A stretch of DNA of 64,000 nt from positions 52,576,001 through 52,640,000 of the forward strand of contig NC_082716.1 of the NCBI RefSeq assembly GCF_030144855.1. The letters are read 5' to 3'. Below are positions 37,366-51,217 of this stretch, in pieces. Numbering within the stretch: the first letter of the stretch is position 1; each line of letters begins with the position of its first letter. The notes under the pieces were generated by a model, which was not told where the DNA came from, searched no databases, and saw only the letters and a list, made by a program, of their open reading frames with translations. The position numbers were made by a program, and so were the translations under genes. The stretch is from Hypanus sabinus. Lineage: Eukaryota.

Positions 37366-37905
37366 CAGATCACATTGAGTTTGCTTAATCAGAAGCATTA
37401 TTTCAATTTTAAACAATTGATATCATTAACTGGACAAGATTATTTTGTAACTTCCTGACCAACCTAAATCTTAAGGACTGTCAAAGGATCAAGCTGATCC
37501 TCTCACCAGTCCACTCCAAGCTAAGCAACTACTTACTCAATTTTGCTTGTTTTTCCTTGTCAGTTTGATAAGCCTACAGACAAAATGCCTCCTTTTTTAA
37601 GCATTTTGTAACATTTATTTCATGGTGATTACACAAAGATTAATACTCCTTTCACATTCTATTTAATGATTCAGAAAGTCTTGTATGAATTAAAATTGAA
37701 GTGATGCTTTTAATTATGCAAACTCAAGGCAATTTCTAGGTGCTTTATGTTGTGTTCATTTGTATTTAAATCAAAAGCAGTCAGTCATAGATAAGTACTT
37801 ATAGTTGGTTATGTTGGCGTCAATTAAAATACAATTAGCCTAACACTGATGTTGAAGAAAAATGCAATGAAGTTGCTTTACTATAATTGCTTTTTTTAAA
37901 TGAAA

Positions 37906-37911
37906 AATAAA
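37906..37911 (+). terminator. Candidate CPT2 polyadenylation signal
   Basis: AATAAA followed by U/GU-rich sequence, ~900 nt after the stop. Confidence 0.5.
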
Positions 37912-38321
37912 GTTCATTCAGATTTCCATTAAAATTTCTTTGATATTCAATTTGTATTGTTACTTTGTGTTTGATAGCAGCTGAAAAGTATTTGAGGCTA
38001 CTGATGGCCTCAAGCGCCAGAGTTTAGCTTTAATATCACCAAGTCTGCAAGTTACAAAGTTCATGTATACCAGGCGTCTATTTTTAAAACAGAAGACCAA
38101 CTAAATCTTCTGGTTTTTTAGTAGCTGTGTTCTTTGATCCAGACAGTATTAAAGATATTTGGAGCAAAAGAGAAAATCTGATGAGCAAATGTCCTGTTAT
38201 TCATTGTGGAATGTATAACAGAGCCCTGCAAACCAAGATGAAACAAAGAGCAAACTTGAGAATGACAATCTCTGGTTGATGTACCTTTGCAGCTTCCAAT
38301 AATAAATGAACTTATTTAAAA

Positions 38322-38327
38322 TTTATT
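38322..38327 (-). terminator. Candidate CZIB polyadenylation signal
   Basis: AATAAA on minus, ~270 nt after the stop. Confidence 0.45.
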
Positions 38328-38595
38328 TTTATGTCCACTACTGAGTATTTTGCATTTATGCTCTTTCAAACTAAATACTCAGTTTGCTGTAGTGGCATTA
38401 AAATGCTAAGAATAAAAAAAATCTCAAATAAGGGTTAGTCTTAGTAATTTTAATGTAAACAATTGTTTGACTGTGATACGTGATGTAAGTCCATTGCAAT
38501 GACAAACAAAACCCACATGGGAAGGAGTTTTTTAGCTGATCCTGGGACTTCTCCAATTAAGTAGAAGGGTGTCAAGATATCAGTTGGAGTGAAAT

Positions 38596-38673
38596 TCATA
38601 TCTTAACAAACTTGTGAGTAACATCATAGATTCCCACTGACTCTTGGATTTTCTCATCATAATCATTCCAGTC
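38596..38673 (-). CDS. CZIB: CZIB exon 8
   Basis: ag|DWNDYDEKIQESVGIYDVTHKFVKI TGA. Confidence 0.93.
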   Translation of the reverse strand, partial: DWNDYDEKIQESVGIYDVTHKFVKI

Positions 38674-39253
38674 CTAAACAAAAGAAAACATTACATCAGC
38701 ATTTCCAGAGTAAGTTATTGCACTTCAGCTCCACTTTACCACTGACAACTCCTGTCATATAGTAGGTTACGAGTCCTTTGCTTGTTGGCCATTTCCAAAA
38801 ATCCTTGTAACAATTTTGTTTCTGCATTAAAATTAAGAATTGAATGTTTGTTTTGTTAATTTTTCTATTGCTAAACAACCAAAACAGCCATTGAGATTGC
38901 ATCTGCCGTTGACCTATTATGGCAATAGGCAAATTGCAACAGGGCCAGGACCTTGCTGGGGGCAGGAGTTCAGTCTACTCATGACCAACCTCTCTAAGTA
39001 TTTCATCATACGTCATCACCACGAGGCTGGCACAGGCCTCAGTTGATAATTATTCTTTACTAGCTGATTGTCGCAGTTGAGATAGTACAATTACACTTAA
39101 GTTTAATTGGACTAACAGAAATAAGTGTTTATTTTTAATCTTTGATTTTAATTATATTTGGAGATTTAAGAGAAAAAAAATAACATGTTAATGTTATAAC
39201 AATTTAAATCACTACAGGCCCACTTCAGTTATGACCCCCGAATGCAAGCTCAC

Positions 39254-39319
39254 CTTTTCTAGCAGATTAATTTCATCAAATTGTGTTCTAGACTCTGTTC
39301 CTTCTGCAGTAAATCCAGC
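39254..39319 (-). CDS. CZIB: CZIB exon 7
   Basis: ag|AGFTAEGTESRTQFDEINLLEK|gtgagc. Confidence 0.93.
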
Positions 39320-40127
39320 CTAGATCCAGAAAATATCACAACAAAAACTTGTTTAAAAATTCAGTTATTTCATTGGATATCATTTTGCACTCCAAAGCAC
39401 CAACTATTCTTACAGTTCCATTTGCACAAAAGTGGCAGTGGGATCTTGTAATGGGATGTGATTACCAAGGTTTTTTTGATTGTTCTCTAAAAGGAATCTA
39501 TGTGAACAAAACAAACAACTAAGTCTTAAAACAAATCCTAGTGAAATATCAATACCCAGCATCAAATCTGGAGTGGCAAACAACTTATTTTTAAAAAATG
39601 ACAAGTCATAAATTTTGCCAGTCCTTCATTAAGAAATCCAGATCTGTGGAAAGATCAACAATTAACGTGTCAAAGACTTCACCAGAAATGTCGAAGTGAG
39701 GAAACTTTGAATTGCAGATGGAGTGGGTGGACAGAGGGGGTCGAATAAAATGAACCTGCCACCTTCAACCAGATTCTAACATCAGATAATTCTTTCCCTC
39801 CCCTTTCAGAATTCCAAAGAAATTGTTCCTTCTGTAATTCCCTAGTTTTCTCTCCACAAATCATGGTACTTTTACAACCATCTGGGGATCTAAACTCCCT
39901 TCAGGAATCAATTACTGGTTGTGGTGGAGTTTAGTTCAGGTTTTGGACACCTCACAACACTTGTGGTTGGCTTACTTTGGGCTGCTAAGCTAGTTCTGAA
40001 TCTATTACAATTAGCAGAATGAGACTGCAATGTAAAACAGTATTTTAAATCTGCAGTTGAGAGTATTTTGGTATCACTGGGTCAATGTAGTAGTCATGCT
40101 TACCACTACCATTATGCACTGTATATA

Positions 40128-41713
40128 CAGTTGCAAGAAAAAGTTTGTGAACCTTTTGCAATTACCTAGTTTTGTGCATTAATTACTCATAAAATGTGGT
40201 CTGATCTTGAACTAAGTCACAATAATAGACAAGCAAAATCTGCCTAAACTAGTAACACACAAACAATTGTACTTTTCATGTTTTTATTGAACACACTGTT
40301 TAATCATTCACAGTCCAAGCTGGGAAAAGTATGTGAACTCGTTTATTTAATAATTAATAGAACCTCTTTTACCTGCAATAACCTCCACCAAACCTTCCCT
40401 GTAGCTGCTGATCAGACTTGCACAACAGTGAGGAGGAATTTTAGACCGTTCCTCCATACAAAACTGTTTCAGTTCATCAATATTTCTGAAACACCTTACA
40501 TGAACAGCCCTCTTCAGATCATGATACAGCATCTCAGTTGGGTTAAGATCTGGACTCTGACTAGGCCGTTCTAAAACACAATTTTTTAAACGATTCTGTT
40601 GTTGATTTACTCTTGACTTTCAGATCATTGTCTTGTTGCATCATCCAACTTCTATTGAGCTTCAGGTGACAGACCGCCACTCTGACATTCTTCTGTAAAA
40701 TGTCTTGATACACATTTTGAATTCATTCCCTCAACAATTGCAAGCTATCCAGGCCAAGGCAGCAAAGCAACCCCAAACCATGATGTTCCTTCCACCACAC
40801 TTCACAGTTGGGATGAGGTTTTGGTGTGGGTGTGCAATGCCCTTTTCCCTCCAAACATAGTGGTGTGCATTTCTGCCAAAAAGTTCAACTTTTGTCTCAA
40901 CTGTCCACAGAACATTGTCCCAGAGGCGTTGTGGAACATCCAGGTGGTCTCTTGCAAACTTGAGACAAACAGCAAAGTTTCTTTTTGGAGAGCAATAGTT
41001 CCCTCCTCCTCCTCCATGGTGTCCTTCCATGAACACCATTCTTGTTCAGTGTTTTTCTTATAGTGGACATATGAACAGAGACTAGCAAGTTCTAGCGATT
41101 TCTGCAGGACTTTTGCTGTCACCCTTGGGTTCTTATTCATCTCCTTCAGCATTGCATGTGTTCTTGGTATGATCTGTGCAGGATACACACTCTAGGGAAA
41201 GTAGCAATACTACTGAATTTTCTCCATTTGTAGACAATTTCTCTTGCCCAGGACTGATGAACACTCAGGTCTTTAGAAATGTTTTTATAGCTACATGCTT
41301 CTCTACAATTCTTCTAAGGTCCTCTGAAAGTTGTTTTGATCAAGGCATGGTGCACATAAAGAGACCTTTCTTGAGAAAAGCAGGCTCTGTCAGTAACCTG
41401 CCCTTGTCTTAATAAAGGACACCTGTACAACCCACACCACCAATTTAAACTCATTGATTGGAAGACTTGACTCCAAACTGCTCTTGTAGAAGGCATTACC
41501 CCAAAAGTGCGCATACTTTATTGAACCTAGACTGCGATTGTTTAAATAATGTACTCAGTATTGATGAGAAGTAATACAGTTGTTTGTGTGTTATTAGTTT
41601 AGGCAGATTGCCTTTGTCTATTATTGTGCCCAAGTTGAATATCACACCACATTTTATGAGTAATGCAGAAGACCAGGTAAAATGCAATGGGTTTACAAAA
41701 TTTCTTGCAACTA
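40128..41713 (-). mobile_element. Tc1-like DNA transposon, defective, long TIRs; same family as 30710-32240
   Basis: TA-flanked cagttgcaagaaa TIRs; WDNVLWTVETKVELFG, PTVKCGGRNIMVWGCF, LKRAVH. Confidence 0.9.
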
Positions 41714-42127
41714 TACGTATCTACATATGAACTGGCAGATTGCAAGGTCAAGTAGGTACTTCTCAAATGTTGAATTCCTTACATATAGCCGAACAACTTT
41801 GGTGGGAAATTGAAGCTTGAATTGTATAGTTTTGAATTGCAACAGATGGTCAGAAAACATTACTTCCCTGGATACTGGATTAAAAAGAGCACAGAAACAT
41901 GGATGAAAAGCAAATGAGCAAATATAAGTAAGGACAGCAAGGGGAAACAACAAATTCAAAGTTATGTGAATGCACATGAACAGGAGAGTTTATATACAGG
42001 AATGGTTTGGAGAAAATGTGTGTAGTGAAATCAGAGGAAAAGGGTCAGACAAGCTGATTATGAACCTGAGAATATTTCTGTCAGTTGGTTTAGAGAATCT
42101 GCAATATAATAGTAAGGTTTTTTTTAC

Positions 42128-42205
42128 CTGTGGCTGAAAATCAACTGGTTCCAAACCTCGACATTCGAATTGTACGATTGTCTTAAATTTTTCACTGTCT
42201 TCGGC
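42128..42205 (-). CDS. CZIB: CZIB exon 6
   Basis: ag|AEDSEKFKTIVQFECRGLEPVDFQPQ|gtaaaa. Confidence 0.94.
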
Positions 42206-42392
42206 CTTTTGTATAAAAATTACAACTTGATTAACATTTATAAAATAATTCTGTATGCAAATATATACAAGCAGAAACATAATTCAATAATTGTTTCACG
42301 AAGAACAAAAGATACATGTTTTGCTTGAACTTGAATAAACTACAGCATAGCTTAGAGCAGAAAACCATATGTATAGTCAAAAGCCCACTTAC

Positions 42393-42424
42393 ATTATATG
42401 GGTTGATGGTATCCTTCAGAATAT
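42393..42424 (-). CDS. CZIB: CZIB exon 5
   Basis: ag|AT ILKDTINPYN|gtaagt, 32 nt; phase matches exon 4. Confidence 0.9.
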
Positions 42425-43844
42425 CTAAGAAACAAATTGACAATTTAAAACAAAATGAAATTTTAGATTGTTGCACATTAAAACACTTAAAAGCTATAAG
42501 TTTTAAATATCATAGGACAAATGCTGATAATTCTGCTTAGATTTGCAAATGGTGAGCCAACAAATACAAAAAATGCACTTTTTGCTTTTAGTCAGGATAA
42601 CTGTTTCAACTTTACAAAAAAATTAATAAAGGCTTCAAGAATAGATTTTAATGGACTATAATATCCCAATTAGTAATTGCAAAATCTGTATGAGCCCCAC
42701 ATAATGAGAATTAGTTACCAGACCTAAACAAGACTCTTCTTGGCTACCATTTCTGAATATTGGATATAACTACAAGAAATCAGTAACTTGGTGATGATTC
42801 ATTGCCAAACAAAACACTGATCTACTTACAAATTAGCAAAAGTAGTAATAAGCTGTCTAAAACAAATAATGATCATTTCAAAAAATCAAAAAACCTCTTT
42901 CCCAGTTGATATAAAAATTTCAGATATCATCTTTATGACCAAACTTGCAAACCTCAGCTACTGAGGTATAATGCTTTGAAATAATTCTAGTCACATTACT
43001 GAATCGTGAGACAATAAACTAAATTTATTTGACACCTTCTATGCATAAAATTCATTCAGTGACTACTTTATTAAGCACAGTTAGTCATTAATACAAATAC
43101 CTCATCAGCCAATCATGTGGCAACAACTCAATGCAAGGTTGTTGTTCAAATCAAACATCAGAATGGGGAAGAAATGTGATCAAAGTGACTTTGACTGTGG
43201 AATCATTATTGGTACAGAAGATAGTTTCAGCAGTAGATATTGTTGAAGCAGTGCATCTGAAGTGCTTTTGAAGAGGGAATATGGTACTTCATGTTCAGAA
43301 GCCATAAAGAATCCAGTTCTGCATCACGCAGATCGGAAGGTACACAAGCATAACTACACAAACAAATACCACTGGATTTGTACAGAATGGTTTCTGTCTC
43401 ATCAGCAAACAAACCTACAAAAGGCCCAAAAGTCTATAACTGACATCATTCAAACACTTAAATGCCAAGCTTTCAGAAAAGTTAAATTCTATACTAGAAT
43501 ATTGCAAAGGAGCAGTATTTTACCTTTTATGGGTTTGCTCATTGAAGAATGGTGTTAGAAATCATTTTTTCCAAATAATAATTCTTATAAAATTTGTACT
43601 TTTTAACAAACATGTTTGTCCCAACTTACTGGCACAAAGTGAAATTAACCGTTTATCACCATTCTTATTTTTCATTGGCTAAGTACAAGCATATTACCCA
43701 CATGATGTAATTGTGCAACCATTGATGTTTTAGTTTATCTCAGGAATTTTCCTTACCTATAAAAGTGATGGATTTTTCAGAGGCACCATCTTTTTTCCTC
43801 TGCCGTTCATTTAACTCTTAGCATTGTTTTTCAGTTCTTTGATG

Positions 43845-44258
43845 ACTCTGGGCCTGTACTCACTTGAATTTAGATCTCATTGAAATCTTTTGAATGTTGA
43901 AAGGCCTATACGATAGATGTGGAAAGGATGTTCCCCGTTGTGGGGGAGTTGAGAACAAGATGGCATGGACTTTGGATAGAGGGACGTCCATTTAAATCAA
44001 AGATGCAGAGAAATTTCTTTAGCCAGGTGATGAATTCGTGGAATTTGTTACTGCAGGCAAATGTGAAGGCCAGATTCTTTAGCGTATTTAAGACAGAGGT
44101 TGATAGGTTCTTGATTGGCCATGGCATCAAAGGTTATGGGGAGAAGGCCGGAGAGTGGGGCTGAGGAGGGGAAGAAAGGATCAGCCATGATTGAATGGCG
44201 GAGTAGATTCGATGGGCCAAATGGCCTAATTCTCCTATGTCTTATGGTCTCATGGTCT
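43845..44258 (+). mobile_element. CR1 LINE 3' end
   Basis: MFPVVGELRTR..RNFFSQVMNSWNLL; tail tcttatggtctcatggtc. Confidence 0.85.
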
Positions 44259-44879
44259 ACAGTCTTTACTTAGTTTGCTTAGCATTTGTATGTTTGTACT
44301 CTAAAATAAACAATCATTAGAATTAAGATTCCTCATCATTACTGACTCCCAGAAGAACCCTAAGCATCAGAAAATAAAGAGATTCACCACTGGACATAAT
44401 AATATTGAAAGTAATCCACAGGAGATTCACTACCCTAATTCTTGGGACAAGAGGATGACCAGAAAAGTTAGATCTGTATTCTTTGGAGGTCAGGAGGAGG
44501 GAAAAGGACAGTCCCGAACATGAACATGACTTTCTTACCAAAGTATGGCAGCAAATCTCTTTAATTTTCTACCCCAGAGGAGGTAATTAAGAGGGAGATA
44601 AACAAACTTTAGATATACTAGTCATTATCATTTTGAATGGCAAGTCAGGCTTGAGGGGTCATTTGTCCTATTCCTGCGCCTATTTTCATGTGTAAATAAA
44701 AACAAGCTGAGCAAAAACAAAAGAGGAGATAAAGCAGATGACCAAATGTGTGTACAAAATGGTAGGTTTTAAGGAACATTTTTGAAAAGGGAAGAGAAGT
44801 GGAATGGTAACAACAGAGGCCAAGGCAGTTGAACGTAACTGTCATGTGTGAAGAAATGAAAGGATGCTCAAGAAAACAT

Positions 44880-45640
44880 AACAATACAAGAACAGGTCCT
44901 TTGATCTGCTGAGCATAATGCCAATTAAACTAATCCCTTCTGCCTACACGATTTATATTCATGCACTTATCTAAAAGCCTTGAATGTCACCATTGTATCT
45001 GCGTCCACTACTACTACCAATCATGATGTACCGTTCTGGAAACTTATCCTGTGTATAAATACTTGTAAGCATATCCCCTTCAAATCCCCCCCACCCACCT
45101 TAAAGCTATACCCTCTAGTATTTGACATTTCAATCCTGGGAAAAAAAATCTCCCTGCCTACCCTATGCCTCTCATAATTTTATAAACTTCTAACAGGTCC
45201 CCAATCAGCCTCCAATTCTCCAGAGAAAACAGCTTAAGTGTTACCAACCTCTCGTTATGGCTCATGACATCTATTTGAGGCAGCATCCCGATAAATATCT
45301 ATCTAAAGTCTCTACATCCTTTCTGCAATGGGAGAAACTAGAGTTGCATGCAATGCTCCAAGTGCAGCCTAATTGAAATTGTGTACAACTGCAACAAGAG
45401 CTCCTCACTCTTGTACTCAATGCTATGTGCATTCTTTCCCACTTTATCTGTATGATTGCTACCTTCAGAGAGGTATGAAGCTGAACCTTAAGAAACTTCC
45501 GTTCAACATTGCAGTTAGGGGTCCTGCTATTAACTATACTTGCCCCTTATATTTGCCTCCCAAAGTGCAATGCCCCACACTTGCCCTGATTAAACCCTGT
45601 ATGCCATTTCTCTATCCATAATTGTATCTGATCTGTACTC
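44880..45640 (-). mobile_element. CR1 LINE 3' fragment
   Basis: Same tail family as 28680; tgctccaagtgcagccta (RLHLEH on minus). Confidence 0.65.
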
Positions 45641-46142
45641 CAGAGTAACTAAAGGCAACAAAAGTATGCCATGGAGCTGGAAACGGAGTTCCAGACAGAA
45701 TGGGTAACAAATTTGATTTGAAAACACAAACAAAAAGAGAGATTAGCTATCAATCCCAATCTTTGCGGACTACCACCCGATGAATCATACCTTTTTGTAC
45801 CAGTGAAAATAAAGACAAAGATCAGTCTTTTTTTCCAAAAGTATTTTCACTTACAATTGCTTTTTTTTTTCAAGAATCTAAGATTCCAAAATACCCCTGC
45901 AGCTAAGTGCAGATCATTTTAAGGAAATGGAAAAAACAGTGATGAATGTAATGGACTAGTAATCCAGAGGCACGGATTCCCATCTCAAGAGACCAGCTGG
46001 GGAACCTAAATTTAGTTAATTAAAATAAATCTGGAATTAAAAGAAAATCAGTAATGGTGACCTTGAAATCAGTAATGCTTTGCGAAAAGTTGTAGCAAGC
46101 CGAACAGTTGTACCAGATGGTCAACAAAACAAAATAAAACTA

Positions 46143-46950
46143 CAGCACTTCGAAAAAGTATTCAGCCCTCACTACTTTCACATCTTCCTCTCTCTTTTTC
46201 TCAATTCAAAATATATTGAGGTAGGACTTTTTTGAGCTAATCTACAAAACATTTTGCATAATGTCAAATAAAATTATTTTAAAATCTGTCAATAAATCAC
46301 TAAAATTTAACCAAAACTGTGAAACTGTAAAAGTATTCATCCCCTTTGTACTTACTGCACCAACTTTCCTTGGGTGCAATTATTACCTTATCAACTCACC
46401 CAATTTGTTGATATGGAAAATTGGAGGATCACCTATTTCCAATGAATTCATAAGATCTCCCTCTGTACGGCCCAACAGTATGGTAGATTTTCAAAATGAA
46501 GACAAAAGAGCATTCAAGATAAGTCAGGGAAGTGATAATAGAAAGTACAAATCTGGATAAGGGTACAAGACCATTTCACAGGCACTGAACATACCATGGA
46601 GCTCAGTGCAGTTCATTGTGAAGAAGTGGAAAAAAGATGAACCCACAACCGCACTGCCTAAGTCAGGCCACCTCTCTAAACTTAGCCACTGGAGAAAAAT
46701 GGCACTTGTAAGAAAGAGTATTGTGATGCCAATAGTCATTCTGAGTGAGCTGCCTAAGACAGTGGCTGCAACTGAAGATGAAGTTCACATAGCTCCACAA
46801 TCTCTAAGGCCTTGCACAAGGGACATTTATGGAAGAGTGGCAAGAAAGAAACCCTGACTAAAATAAAATTGTTTCTTGCCCGTAAAGGCTTTGCAAATTG
46901 TCACTTAGAAGATACTGTAAATACGTGAAAGGTCGTATGGTCGGATGATC
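46143..46950 (+). mobile_element. Tc1-like transposon 5' half, truncated
   Basis: TA-cagcacttcgaaaaagtattcagcccc; MKTKEHSR..GYKTISQALNIPWSSVQFIVKKWKK, GRVARKKP; ends near WSD. Confidence 0.8.
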
Positions 46951-46984
46951 AACAAATCAAAGGTCCGTGGTCCTGCCATGCTTA

Positions 46985-47570
46985 TCTGTGAATGGTACTG
47001 AACAATCGGGTTATGATGCAATTGTACAAGATATTGGTGAGGCCATATTTGGGTTTTTGCATTCGGTTTGGGTCACCCTGTTATAGGAACTATGTGATTG
47101 ACTGGAAAGTGTGTAAAGAAGAATTCCATGAATATAGCAAGGACTTGAGGGACTGAGTTATAGGAAGAAGTTAGACAAGGTGGGCCTTAATTCCTTGGAA
47201 CAGGGAGGCTTAGGGGTGATCTCAGAGGTAGATAATTTTATGAGAGGCATAGACAGAGTAAGCAGTCTTTTTTCCATTGCTAGGGAAATGAAAACCAGAA
47301 GACATAACTTACAGGTTAGAAGTGAAAGATCTAATAACCCAAGGAGCAATGTTATCTTTTAGTACACAGTGGGCATAGATAACAAGTATGGAACCAGCTG
47401 CCGAAGTAAGTGGTTTAAACAGGTACGTTAGATATATTTAAGAGTAGACATATGGATGACAAGAGTTTAGAAGGATCTGGGAAATGGGACTACCTTGAAT
47501 ATACACTTTGGTCACATAGACAGCTATGGACTGAAGGGCATTTCTCTGTGCTGTACAGCTCTATGGCACA
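46985..47570 (+). mobile_element. CR1 LINE 3' fragment
   Basis: ttgtacaagatattggtgaggccatatttg (LYKILVRPYL); tail gaagggcatttctctgtgctgtac. Confidence 0.7.
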
Positions 47571-47929
47571 AAATAACAAATTTCTTCAACAAGCAAACTA
47601 GGTAAGGGCCAAAAATAAGGCAGTAGTGATCGCATCCAACCTCAGCCAGATGTTTCAAAAGCTGATTCACTTCTGTCTCCTCTTCTGGTCCCCAGAGTGC
47701 TATTCAACATGGATGAAAGAATAATTCCAAAGTTGAGGTGAGACAAATTCTTTGTGATGTCAAGGTGGCATTTCTTCAACTATGCTATCAAGGAGGCCTG
47801 GTAGAACTGAAATCCCTAATTACAGCCATAATCAAATACAAAGACTGCTGACTAGTCCCAACAAGAGAGCCTGTGATACTTAATCCCCCCAAGTAGGGAA
47901 TCAGACAGGGCAGGTGACAGAAGTTTGTG

Positions 47930-50600
47930 TAGGGGTACACTTTGCATCTAGTTATCATAATGTCATTAGTTTCAAAGTAAATATGGAAAAAGATATCTCT
48001 TGTTCATGGGCTGAGATGCTAAACTGAAGAAAGGCCAATTTTGATGGTATCTGAAAGGATATAGCAAGTGTGGTTTAGGCCTGCTTTCTGGCAAAGGTGT
48101 ACTTGGGAACTTGGAGGCCTTCAAAAATGAAATTTTGAGAATACAAAGCTGATATGTGCCCTTCAAAATAAAAGGAAAGAATCACAGGTTTAGGGAACCT
48201 TAGTCTTCAAGAGATATTGAGTTCTTGCTTGAGAAAAAAGAAAGAGGTGCACAGCAGGTACAGGCAGGTAGGAACAAGTAAAATACTTATGGAGTATAAG
48301 TAGTGTGAGAGAACACTTAAGAAAGAAGAAGGGCTACAAGAAGGCACAAGGTTGACCTAGCAGTCAAGATGATGGAGATATGTTAAGAGCAAAAGGTTTG
48401 CAAGGGACAAAATTGGCCCTTTGGAAGATCAGAATGATAATCTATGCCATCTAGTCCAGTATATTGTTATTTAACTATATTCGTGTATATATTTATAAAA
48501 CCATATAATGCATATAGAAATGAGATAATGTTTCTCCAAAACGGGATATAAGGTACAGTAGTACACATATCACACAGTAACTTACAAAGGTAAAATCTAC
48601 AGATGAATCACACATAAATAACAAACTAAAGTGTAATGGTATAGAACAGATCAACCAGTGAGATGAAATACAAAGTGGCAGAGAGCTCAGAAGCCTAACG
48701 GCCTGGGGGAGAAACTTTCTCATCCTGACCATTCTTATTTTCATGCATCATAGTCTGCTGCCTTATGGTAGAAAGACAGAGGATGCTGGATTCATAGGTG
48801 GGATCTTTAATAATACTAAGGGCCCAGCAGGGTATGCAGTGCTCCTGAAAAATGTCCCCGATGGATGGCAGGGAACCCCCATGATCCTCTCAGCTGTTCT
48901 CATAGTCCTTTGTGGGGACTTCTGGTCCGATGCATGGAGCCAAAAGATATGGGGTACATCTTAAATGGATTTTTTGCATCTGTATTTCTTCAGGAGATGA
49001 ACAGAGTCTATAGAAGTGAGACAAAGCAGCAGTGAGGTCATAGACCCGATACAGATTTCAGAGGAGGAAATGTTTGCTGTATTGAGGCAAATTAGGGTGG
49101 ATAAATCCTCAGGGCCTGACAAGATGTTCCCTTAGATCCTGGAGGAGGCAAGTGCATAAATTGCAGGGGCCCTAGCAGAGATATTTAAATTACAGTACAG
49201 GCAACAGTTGAGGTACCAGAGGATTGGAGGATAGCTAATATTGTTCCACTGTTTTAAGAATGGCTCTAAAAATAAACCAGGGATTTATGGCTGGTGAGCC
49301 TGACATTAGTGGTGGAAGAGTTAAGGGACCAGTATTGGGATAGGCATGGACTGATAGATAAGGATAGTCAGCATGGTTTTGTGCTTGGTAGGTCTTGTCG
49401 AACCAACCTTATAGAATTTTTTTGAGGAAGTTACTGACAAAGTTTATGAAGGTAAGGCAGTGGATGTTGTCCGCATGGACTTTAGCAAGGCATTTGATGA
49501 AGTCCTCCATAGAAGGTTAGTCAAAAAAGTTCAGTTGCTTGGCATTCAAGATGAGGTAGTAGACTGGATTACACATTGGCTTTGTGACAGAAGCAGAGAC
49601 CGGTAGTACACGGTTGCCTCTCTGACTGAAGGCTTGTGACTAGTGGTGTGCCGCAGTGATCAGTGAGGGGTCCACTGTTGTTTGTCATCTCTATCAATGC
49701 TCTGTATGATAATGTAGTTAAGTAGACTGGAAACTTTGCAGATGACACCAAGGTTCTGGTGCAGTGGACAATGATGAAGGCTATCAGAGCTTGGAGCAGG
49801 ATCTGGACCAGCTGGAAAAATGGGCTGAAAAATGGTAGATGGAATTTAATGCAGACAAGTGCAAGGTGATGCACTTCAGTAAACCCAACCAGAGTAGGTC
49901 TTACACTGTGAATGGTAGGTCACTGAGGTGTGCCATACAACAAACAAATCTGGGAATACAGGTCCATAATTCATCGAAAGTGCATCACAGGTAGATAGGG
50001 TCATTAAAAAAGCTTTTGGCACATTGGCCTACACAAATCAAAGTACTGAGTACAGGAGATGGGATGTTATGTTGAAGTTGTACAAGGCATTATTGATGCC
50101 TAAATTTGGAGTATTGTGTGCAGTTTTGGACACCTACCTACAGGAAGGATGTAAATAAGATTGTAAAAGTACTGAGAAAGTTTTCAAGGATGTTGCCTGG
50201 ACCACAAGACTTGAGTTATAAAGAAAGATTGAATAGAACTTTATTTCTTGGAACGTAGAAGACTGAAGGGAGATTTGATAGAGGTATACAAAATTATGAG
50301 AGGTATAGATAGGGTAAATACAAGCAGGCCTTTTCAACTGAGGCTGGGTGGGACTACAACTAGAGGTCAAAGGTTAAGGATGAAAGTTTAAGGGGAACAT
50401 GAGGGGAAGCTTCTTCATTCACAGGGTTATGAGAGTGTGGATTAACCTACCAGCACAAGTGATGCATGCGAGCTCGATTTCGAAAGCTAAGAGAAGTTTC
50501 GATAGGTATATGGATGGCAGGGGTATGGAGGGCTACGGACCGGGTGCAGGTCAATCGGGACTAGGCACAGACTAGATAGGCTGAAGGGCCTGTTTCTATG
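47930..50600 (+). mobile_element. CR1 LINE ORF2 fragment with nested Rex1 piece (48448-48933, minus)
   Basis: gactttagcaaggcatttgat (DFSKAFD), tttgcagatgacaccaag (FADDTK), CR1 tail ggctgaagggcctgtttctatg. Confidence 0.85.
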
Positions 50601-50790
50601 ACGTTGTTTTGCAAAGTAAACATATTGAACTTAAAAATTTTCACACCAACTACTTTGTGCTAATATGTGGCATAAACAATTTTAATTCTTTTTCCTATGT
50701 TTTTGTAAAGATATTAATTTCTGTAGCATTTAGTCCAAATGCACTCAAACAAAAATAACTATTTGAACTTTGAAATGTATTTGCAAGATA

Positions 50791-51002
50791 CAGGTGTGCC
50801 CCCCCCCTTTACAAAGGTAGAGCGTTCCTATGAAACCTTTCTTAATCCGAAATGGCGTAAAGCCAAGAACCATTAATTTATATGGGAAAATTTTTCGTAA
50901 AAGCGAAAATCCTCTTTGTAATGCGAAAGCAGGTTGCTAATGTAGGTCTTTTGTAAAACCAAAGTGGCACAAAGCGAACGCTTGTAAAGCAAGGGGCACC
51001 TG
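50791..51002. mobile_element. pogo/Tigger-type MITE
   Basis: TA|caggtg...cacctg|TA with inverted ends and repeated cgtaaa/cgaaa motifs. Confidence 0.7.
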
Positions 51003-51135
51003 TATTAAAAACCCTTGTCATTGGTAGGATAAATATTATTTTAATCAATATATAATTTATATTCAGAAGAATTGAAAAGGGCAGCATAATTAAAACACAG
51101 GTTTTGGAATTTTATTTCTTCCGTCTTTTACCTAC

Positions 51136-51217
51136 CAATAGAGTTCTCTCTTGAACACAACTTGCACTTTTGTATCATATTGGCACTTCCTCTCCCACCT
51201 TTGAGTGGGGCACTGTT
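51136..51217 (-). CDS. CZIB: CZIB exon 4
   Basis: ag|NSAPLKGGRGSANMIQKCKLCSRENSI G|gtaggt. Confidence 0.94.

Noticed and set aside
38969-39018. C/D box snoRNA candidate in CZIB intron 7 (GTGATGA...CTGA on minus)
   Set aside because: Only ~50 nt from box C to box D, no terminal stem and no recognisable guide; the motifs could equally be CRE/ATF-like or chance.
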